Shown here: piece by piece, positions 55,928-64,000 of the stretch
How positions within the stretch are numbered: position 1 is the first letter of the stretch
How the letters are laid out: every line of letters starts with the position of its first letter
Assembly (NCBI GenBank): GCA_002269645.1
Contig: NIVC01000526.1
Span: 6,057 to 70,056, forward strand
Direction of reading: 5' to 3'
Origin: Macrostomum lignano
Lineage: Eukaryota
DNA length: 64,000 nucleotides
The notes under the pieces: model-generated
Databases searched by the model: none
Seen by the model: only the letters and a program-made list of their open reading frames with translations
What the model was told of the DNA's origin: nothing
Program-made: the position numbers and the translations under genes

Positions 55928-57033
55928 GGCCTGAGGAGGCTGATACATTTGTTTGTTTGATTTATCGGAGCATACAAGCATGACATTTTTATTGAATTTC
56001 GATAAGACGTCTGCCTCAATCTGTCATGCTGGCTGTCAAAGTTAACAGAAAACCGGCAGGTACACTGCGCAATACTCGCCAACTCTGACTGAGTTTAGTG
56101 TAAATAATTGGGATGGATTGAATTCATCTGATCAGGTCGTGTTGCTGCATCAATGATGTAGCATGAGCAGGATCCGGTAAAGTCTGGTGAATGGCAAATG
56201 TAAGTTGCAAGTTAGAATTGGAACAAGCATCTGTTAGACTCAGCAAGATACTCGTATTTCCGAAATCATCAAAGATTAAAGTCGCCGCAAATACGAGTAC
56301 ATTTATTACGAGCTCGCACAAAAAACTTGGGATTATCTAACAAGTTTGAGCACACGATCTTTTAAGTCTTTAAGAAACACCTCTAGAAATCTTGCTTAGC
56401 CATGTTCATGGGCTACACTCGGGGAAACATGGCTTATGTCGAAGAACTAGCAGAATCACCCATGAATACCGTAGGAAAGTGTCTGCCCAAGATTTTCAAA
56501 AAGATGGCTCCTACGAGTTCTATATCCTGCAGTCCATCGAACCCTTCCTTATTGTGACCGAAATCCAATAATCTTTATCTACCGAGACCGTGACTGAGTC
56601 AATGTCAATGTCTTTGATCTGGTATGTGGAGGACTGGAAGTCCAATTGAAACGGACAGATGCCGGTCATATAAGTTACACCCAGCATAAAGAACATAAGA
56701 CGGATTATCCGGTGTCGAATTACCTGAATAAATGTAATTTAGCTCGTATCTTCTTTGCAGCTAACGCAAACTGGTTAAAACTATATCGATTCCATTCAGG
56801 TCAATAAGTTCTGCATTGCCGGCAGCAGAATTTCGCATTGGTTGGGAGCACTCCTATACCCGAACTGGCAAGTTGTGGAGGAGACTGCTCAAGGTGTTCG
56901 GAGATTGGTTAAGGACCTATACCAGCTGCTTAAAATAAGCTAGCAGAAACTAAGAAAGCAAACCCAAGATACGGAACGACACCAGCTGTTTAATTTATTG
57001 TTGTTGATTTCAACCAAGCAAGGCCCAACAGCT

Positions 57034-58381
57034 ATGGCGCAACCAGGCATGTAAGTCGTACAATGTGGATTTTACAAATCACATCTTGCTGGCGATTTAC
57101 TCGGGTAGTTTTATTTAAAAAGACTTGCAACAAATTGCAATTGCAATTGATCGTTTTGAAAGCTGAAAATTATGTAAGGCGAATTTTGCTAGTAAAAATA
57201 CGAGCTGTCAAAGAACCGAAAAGCTGCTTGTACGAGAGCCAGTTCAGTTGGAAAGTACACCTAACTGTACGAATAAGATTAGCCAATTCGCTATGAGTCG
57301 ATAGAGGCATACCTTGTCATGCAATGACTGCAAGGAACAGCCATCAATAAGTTGCTTAGATCAGTATCAGCCGAAGTAAAAGCAACTAAGCCTATAAGTT
57401 ATCAATTGCAAACTTCGAGCAGAAATCTGCATTTCAGACTATTTAAACGAAAAAACAAAATCTACCTCGTGCTACAGGCTAATCAGTGTCAGCTTTGCCA
57501 TCCTGGTTTTGATGCTAGTGACAAATGGCACTCACGGACTATTCAATGAGGACAAGAGAGGCTACTACTGGCCTCGCATGTGGAAATTCAGGAACGCTGA
57601 CAAGAGAGGCTACTACTGGCCTGGCATGTGGAACTTCAGGAACGCTGACAAGAGAGGCTACTACTGGCCTGGCATGTGGAAATTCAGGAACGCTGACAAG
57701 AGAGGCTACTACTGGCCTGGCATGTGGAACTTCAGGAACGCTGACAAGAGAGGCTACTACTGGCCTGGCATGTGGAACTTCAGGAACGCTGACAAGAGAG
57801 GCTACTACTGGCCTGGCATGTGGAACTTCAGGAACGCTGACAAGAGAGGCTACTACTGGCCTGGCATGTGGAACTTCAGGAATGCTGACAAGAGAGGCTA
57901 CTACTGGCCTGGCATGTGGAACTTCAGGAACGCTGACAAGAGAGGCTACTACTGGCCTGGCATGTGGAACTTCAGGAACGCTGACAAGAGAGGCTACTAC
58001 TGGCCTGGCATGTGGAACTTCAGGAACGCTGACAAGAGAGGCTACTACTGGCCTGGCATGTGGAAATTCAGGAACGCTGACAAGAGAGGCTACTACTGGC
58101 CTGGCATGTGGAACTTCAGGAACGCTGACAAGAGAGGCTACTACTGGCCTGGCATGTGGAACTTCAGGAACGCTGACAAGAGAGGCTACTACTGGCCTGG
58201 CATGTGGAAATTCAGGAACGCTGACAAGAGAGGCTACTACTGGCCTGGCATGTGGAACTTCAGGAACGCTGACAAGAGAGGCTACTACTGGCCTGGCATG
58301 TGGAACTTCAGGAACGCTGACAAGAGAGGCTACTACTGGCCTGGCATGTGGAACTTCAATTACGATTCTCTGTACATCTGA
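57034..58381 (+). CDS. Secreted multi-copy peptide precursor (prohormone/KEX2-type repeat protein); join(57034..57050,57478..58381), 306 aa
   Basis: Exon 1 ATGGCGCAACCAGGCAT|gtaagt and acceptor ctacag|G join in phase to give MAQPGMLISVSFAILVLMLVTNGTHG-LFNED-KR. Then 16 x [GYYWP(G/R)MW(N/K)FRNAD-KR] and a final GYYWPGMWNFNYDSLYI*. AATAAA lies 12 nt after the stop. Confidence 0.85.
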
Positions 58382-58392
58382 GGCGGAGGTGC

Positions 58393-58398
58393 AATAAA
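58393..58398 (+). terminator. Polyadenylation signal of the peptide-precursor gene
   Basis: AATAAA immediately downstream of the stop at 58381. Confidence 0.55.
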
Positions 58399-59837
58399 TG
58401 CTACCCAATGTGACAGCTGGTTTTGCATAAATCTGTATGCCGAAGGAAGACGACCTGATTAAATAAGGTTGAATGTGATGCACACTTAACAAGATTTTAA
58501 TAGGAAAATATACAGTATATTCATGCCATCTATATGACAGTCAGTTAAGCAATCTAAAAGAACTTGATCATATCTTTTGATCATAATGTCATTAGATGTG
58601 AGAAGCAAACCTACTATTGAAGTACTGATATGAGCAGGTAAAAGTACATATCCATCAATAGTTTTCAGACTAAAAAAACCATTTCTATCTACTGAAAAAA
58701 TCGCGCAAAAAACGAAGACAGCCGACTGACTGAGTTGATTGATCAGCAATGCAGTCCGCGCATTGCAGGCTCTACTGACACCTTGACAGCTTCTGCGCCG
58801 GCCCGTCCGCTAGCTGTGCTGAATTATTAATTATAGCGAATAAATACAGTGTCTAAATGCTTGCAATCTATCAATTTAAAACGCGCGGGAAAGCATAAAT
58901 GAAACACAATCAGTAATGTCTTGCAATTGAATGAGCAGCCGCAGTTATAGTTCGGCCTAGAGCTCGCTGGATTGACAATCAAGATCGAATCGAACGATTC
59001 GAGAGTCGAATAAGAAACGGCCAGGAACCGGACGAAAGGAGGCCAGTAAAACAGGTAAACTTGGCGGTTGAGCAGAGCAAATCGAACTTCAGTGTTCAGA
59101 AGACGGCGTAGTAAAAAGCCAATGAAATTGGCAAGATCAATAAAGGTCGAATCGATAAAGGCAATTAACAGCTGCCAACCTGAGGTAGTGAGAGACTGAA
59201 AGCCCTGCTAATCCAAATCCGTACTTCGAGTATATAATAAAAGAAGAAAAAATTGAAAACAAAACGTGTGCCTCTTAAGTAAAATTTGCACACCGTAATC
59301 AGTTGATCAGAGACAATTCCGAAAATAAAAATATGCTAATAATTGTAGTAATAGTAGTAGTTAATGCACAGGAGCTAGAAATTTGACTTTCCACATTGAA
59401 GAATGTATTTGGTTAGCATGATGGGATAGAGAGTTAATTTTTATGAACAAACCGGTACACAGCAGTGCAGATCGCAACAATGCGCAGGCTTGCTACTGTA
59501 AGTAGATTATATTTAATTTCAAGTGCTGCATTTCCGCGAACTTTCCTATACAAATACGACTACAAAGAATAATGTAATAAGCAAAGATAATTTTGCACAA
59601 CTTTGCGCTCGCATATTGCTACTTAAATTTTCGAATTCTTAAGTAGTATCAATAGCATACACGTAGGATTCGTGCAATCAAACGAGGCCTGTAACTTATT
59701 TATATAGATAAGTATTTTAGCTGCTTATTAATAAAATAAAAGGTGACGACAGAAAACAAATAGGCATCATACTTGTACAAACCAATTCGGAGGCATAACT
59801 CAATGCTCAACTCAGAACTGTACGTGGGCCAGGCCAG

Positions 59838-60755
59838 CTACTGGCCATTGGTTTCGGATTTGGCGGCATTGCCAGAGACCGCAGCAGCAGCTACAACAGT
59901 CGTCGAGTTCACAGACGGCGCCAAAGCCGCAGCGGACGAAGCGGCTGCGCTGCCCGAACCGCCAGTTGAAGCAGCAACAGCAGCAGCAACAGGAGGAGCA
60001 GCGGCAGAAGAAGCGGTACTCGGCGAGCCGAACAGCAACAGATCGTGCTCATCGCGACAGTGCACCAGCAGCTCCCAGGCGGAGGCGAAGCCGGCACCGC
60101 AGTAGCTGCAGTCCATGCTAACTGGCTCGCCAGTCTGCAGACAGCGGCACACCAGGCGCAGCCGACAGCCGGCCTGCTTGTGCGCGCTCAGCTTCTCCAG
60201 GCTGGGCAGCAGCTCCTTGCAGTTGCCGCACACCAGCAGGTCTTTCACTGTCGGATCGTTCAGTGTCGGCCGTTTCTCCGGCTGCACCTCCGGCACCGGG
60301 TTGGACGGCTTCACCAGCGACACCAGATTGCTGGCCTTGCGGGCCATCATCGAACCGGACGAAGACGAGTTCAACGATGGCACAGAGGGCGTTGTTGACG
60401 AGGTCAGATCCTGTCTGGCCCGCTTGATGGCTGGCTGGCCGGACATGCTGCCCCCGCTGGTGCCGCGACGCATCTTCGGCTCGCTGGCGATGTTGGCGTC
60501 GATGCGCATGCCGTGGTACACCTGGCCGTCCTCGCCCTGCACGGCGGCCCGGGCCGACCATTCCTCGGCGAATTGAACGAAGCCGAAGCCTTTGTGCACC
60601 GAGATGCCCAGCACAGTGCCGTAGCGGCAGAATCGCTGCTCCAGTTCGTTGCGGCTCATCTGGGCGGTGTTTAAATTGCCAACGAATACGCGAGACCGCT
60701 GCGACTGCGGATCCTGGGCGCTGGTCAGAGTGCCGCTGTTGTCCATGGCCGGCAT
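59838..60755 (-). CDS. HNRNPC: hnRNP C/RALY-like RRM protein with C-terminal BCL11-type CCHC and C2H2 zinc fingers; single coding exon (start 60755 or 60746)
   Basis: SRVFVGNLNT...VHKGFGFVQF...ARAAVQGEDG...DANIASEPK matches the hnRNP C RRM. DLLVCGNCKELLPSLEKLSAHKQAGC and CSYCGAGFASAWELLVHCRDEHDLLLF resemble BCL11 ZnF0 and ZnF1. Confidence 0.85.
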   Translation of the reverse strand: MPAMDNSGTLTSAQDPQSQRSRVFVGNLNTAQMSRNELEQRFCRYGTVLGISVHKGFGFVQFAEEWSARAAVQGEDGQVYHGMRIDANIASEPKMRRGTSGGSMSGQPAIKRARQDLTSSTTPSVPSLNSSSSGSMMARKASNLVSLVKPSNPVPEVQPEKRPTLNDPTVKDLLVCGNCKELLPSLEKLSAHKQAGCRLRLVCRCLQTGEPVSMDCSYCGAGFASAWELLVHCRDEHDLLLFGSPSTASSAAAPPVAAAVAASTGGSGSAAASSAAALAPSVNSTTVVAAAAVSGNAAKSETNGQ

Positions 60756-60874
60756 GGAGGGATGGGAATGCGAGGAAGGCTAACAAGCTAGTTACTAGTA
60801 GTTAACTAATTAATTAACTGTAAGGACATGGGGGCAGCGGCGGCATCGGCGGAATAGTTGCTTAGGGTATTTAT

Positions 60875-62700
60875 TCAATGGTTATGGAAAGGGTATTCTA
60901 GTGGTATCAAATGGGTATTATTGAGGTATCGAATGATATCCCGGGGGAATTGAAGGGTATGCTTGGGTTATCGGATGGTATTCTTGGGGTTGTCGGAGGG
61001 AAGGTAATCTTGATGGGCATTAGAGGGTATTCTTGAGGGGCATTGGAGGGTATTCTTGAGGGGCATTGGAGGGTATTCTTGACAGGCATTGGAGGGTTTT
61101 CTTGAGGGGCATTGGAGGGTATTCTTGACAGGCATTGGAGGGTTTTCTTGAGGGGCATTGGAGGGTTTTCTTGAGGGGCATTGGAGGGTTTTCTTGACGG
61201 GCATTAGAGGGTATTCTTGAGGGGCATTAGAGGGTATTCTTGACAGGCATTGGAGGGTATTCTTGAGGGGCATTAGAGGTATTCTTGACGGGCATTAGAG
61301 GGTATTCTTGACGGGCATTAGAGGGTATTCTTGACGGGCATTAGAGGGTATTCTTGACAGGCATTAGAGGGTATTCTTGACGGGCATTAGAGGGTATTCT
61401 TGATGGGCATTAGAGGGTATTCTTGACGGGAATTGGAGGGTATTCTTGAGGGGCATTAGAGGGTATTTTTGACGGGCATTGGAGGGTATTCTTGACAGAC
61501 ATTAGAGGGTATTCTTGAGGGGCATTAGAGGGTATTCTTGACGGGCATTAGAGGGTATTCTTGACAGGCATTGGAGGGTATTCTTGACGGGCATTAGAGG
61601 GTATTCTTGACGGGCATTGGAGGGTATTCTTGAGGGGCATTGGAGGGTATTCTTGACGGGCATTAGAGAGTATTCTTGAGGGGCATTAGAGGGTATTCTT
61701 GACGGGCATTAGAGGGTATTCTTGACAGGCATTGGAGGGTATTCTTGAGGGGCATTAGAGGGTATTCTTGACGGGCATTAGAGGGTATTCTTGACGGGCA
61801 TTAGAGGGTATTCTTGACGGACATTAGAGAGTATTCTTGAGGGGCATTAGAGGGTATTCTTGACGGGCATTGGAGGGTATTCTTGACGGACATTAGAGGG
61901 TATTCTTGACGGGCATTAGAGGTATTCTTGACGGACATTAAAGGGTATTCTTGACGGGCATTAGAGGGTATTCTTGATGGGCATTAGAGGGTATTCTTGA
62001 CGGGAATTGGAGGGTATTCTTGAGGGCATTAGAGGGTATTCTTGACGGGCATTAGAGAGTATTCTTGAGGGGCATTAGAGGGTATTCTTGACGGGCATTA
62101 GAGGGTATTCTTGACAGGCATTGGAGGGTATTCTTGAGGGGCATTAGAGGGTATTCTTGACGGGCATTGGAGGGTATTCTTGAGGGGCATTGGAGGGTAT
62201 TCTTGACGGGCATTAGAGAGTATTCTTGAGGGGCATTAGAGGGTATTCTTGACGGGCATTGGAGGGTATTCTTGACGGACATTAGAGGGTATTCTTGACG
62301 GCATTAGAGGGTATTCTTGACGGACATTAAAGGGTATTCTTGACGGCATTAGAGGGTATTCTTGACGGGCATTAGAGGGTATTCTTGACGGCATTAGAGG
62401 GTATTCTTGACGGGCATTAGAGGGTATTCTTGACGGACATTAGAGGGTATTCTTGACAGGCATTGGAGGGTATTCTTGACGGGCATTAGAGGGTATTCTT
62501 GACGGGCATTAGAGGGTATTCTTGACGGGCATTAGAGGGTATTCTTGACGGGCATTAGAGGGTATTCTTGACGGGCATTAGAGGGTATTCTTGACGGACA
62601 TTAGAGGGTATTCTTGACAGGCATTGGAGGGTATTCTTGAGGGGCATTGGAGGGTATTCTTGACGGGAATTGGAGAGCATTCTTGAGGGGCACGGGAGGG
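60875..62700 (+). repeat. 23-bp minisatellite between RPL35 and the hnRNP C-like CDS
   Basis: Unit gggcattagagggtattcttgac with variants. Confidence 0.95.
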
Positions 62701-63001
62701 TATGCAAGGATATCCTAGCAGGGGTATCTAAAGGTATATTTATGGGTATCGAAGGCTCTCGTAGAGGACCAAAAGCCAACGGATGTCCACAAACTCTAAC
62801 CTCGCATTCTCAATCAAAAGCTAATCAAATATTTACAATCGCCTAAAGTCAAAGGAAAACAAACAAAAACAAAAGAGAAATTTTCCAAACGAAAGCATGC
62901 TAAAGCAATGCACAATGCATTTTGACTGTATATTTCAATCGCTTTCTCAAATATTGTCTCCCAGTTTTCATCATCCTTTCAGCAGACTCCAAGCCAGTTG
63001 C

Positions 63002-63379
63002 TCAGGCCTTCACCGCGAACCGGCGCATTGGGAAAGCGCGCGCCTTTCTCTGCTGCTTGGCGCTAGTGGCGCCGGCCTCGCGCGGCGTCAGAGCGCGACG
63101 TAGAGCGCGAGTCTTCTTCGCCCTGAGATCCTTAGGCAGCTGCTTAGCATTCTTGTGAAATCGGCGCAGGTGCTCCTTCTGCTGCTGGTGCGTGACCGTG
63201 TGCACCCTGGCGATGGACTTGCGCACCAGCCGGATCTGCGCCAGCTTGGAGGCGGCGCCGCCGGTCACCTTGGCAACGCGCAGAGTGGACAGTTCCTGCT
63301 TGAGATCGGTGAGCTGCTTCTCAAGCTCAGACTTGGTTTTGGCGCGCAGCTTCTTGGCTGATTCCCTTTTGTTGACCAT
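63002..63379 (-). CDS. RPL35: 60S ribosomal protein L35 (uL29), intronless CDS, 125 aa
   Basis: [44 protein letters not shown]...[17 protein letters not shown]...[10 protein letters not shown] is the uL29 eukaryotic signature. Confidence 0.95.
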   Translation of the reverse strand: MVNKRESAKKLRAKTKSELEKQLTDLKQELSTLRVAKVTGGAASKLAQIRLVRKSIARVHTVTHQQQKEHLRRFHKNAKQLPKDLRAKKTRALRRALTPREAGATSAKQQRKARAFPMRRFAVKA

Positions 63380-63409
63380 GGCGACGTGGCATAGGGTGAT
63401 GCAGACGGA

Positions 63410-64000
63410 TAAAATGGGATTCGAGCTATAAACTGGGATTTAAAAATTGGATTCGAGCTTTGAACTGGGATTTTTAAATTGGGATTCGAGCTATGAACTG
63501 GGATTCGAGCTATGAACTGGGATTTGTAAATTAGGATTCGAGCTATGAACTGGGATTTGTAAATTAGGATTCGAGCTATGAACTGGGATTTGTAAATTGG
63601 GATTCGAGCTATGAACTGGGATTCGAGCTTTGAACTGGGATTTTTAAATTGGGATTCGAGCTATGAACTGGGATTCGAGCTATGAACTGGGATTTGTAAA
63701 TTAGGATTCGAGCTATGAACTGGGATTTTGTAAATTAGGATTCGAGCTATGAACTGGGATTTGTAAATTAGGATTCGAGCTATGAACTGGGATTTGTAAA
63801 TTGGGATTCGAGCTATGAACTGGGATTCGAGCTTTGAACTGGGATTTTTAAATTGGGATTCGAGCTATGAACTGGGATTCGAGCTTTGAACTGGATTCTT
63901 AAATTGGGATTCGAGCTATGAACTGGGATTCGAGCTTTGAACTGGCATTTGTAAATTAGGATTTGAGCTATGAACTGGGATTTGTAAATTAGGATTCGAG
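63410..64000 (+). repeat. Composite satellite of 19-bp (gggattcgagctatgaact) and 14-bp (gggatttgtaaatt) units, running off the window end
   Basis: Alternating sub-units, directly visible. Confidence 0.9.

Noticed and set aside
57525-58492. Alternative frames of the 48-bp repeat (TREATTGLACG plus; VPEVPHARPVV minus)
   Set aside because: Only the KR-GYYWPGMW frame connects to a spliced signal peptide, dibasic sites and a stop plus poly(A) signal.
60907-62779. MPLKNTLQCPSRIPSNA repeat ORFs
   Set aside because: 23-bp satellite.

Overview
Eukaryotic (animal) genomic DNA, not prokaryotic: GT-AG spliced genes with GC-rich codons lie in AT-rich sequence, and roughly half of the window is short-period tandem repeat. 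The style resembles the flatworm Macrostomum (inference only). Six protein-coding genes could be reconstructed by hand: (1) nucleobindin (minus, 8 exons, ~723-7881); (2) a secreted, probably GPI-anchored LRR+Ig protein (minus, 4 exons, 10992-17449); (3) a GRDP1/DUF1399-type glycine-rich-domain protein with a Cys-Gly-Gly tail (plus, 4 exons, 44982-53426, one apparent 1-nt frameshift); (4) an unannotated-looking prepropeptide with a spliced signal peptide and 17 KR-flanked copies of the aromatic peptide GYYWPGMW(N/K)F(RNAD) (plus, 57034-58381), the most striking item; (5) an intronless hnRNP C/RALY-type RRM protein carrying BCL11-like zinc fingers (minus, 59838-60755); (6) an intronless, divergent RPL35 (minus, 63002-63379). 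The rest is a transposon and satellite landscape: decayed mariner and Tc1/IS630-like relics, MITEs with 8-bp and AT target duplications, two foldback structures with tandem-repeat arms, a tRNA-derived SINE, about 20 minisatellite arrays, and a 9.3-kb near-perfect 63-bp array whose unit contains the terminal inverted repeat of the adjacent transposon. Most long ORFs in the supplied track are artefacts of tandem repeats.
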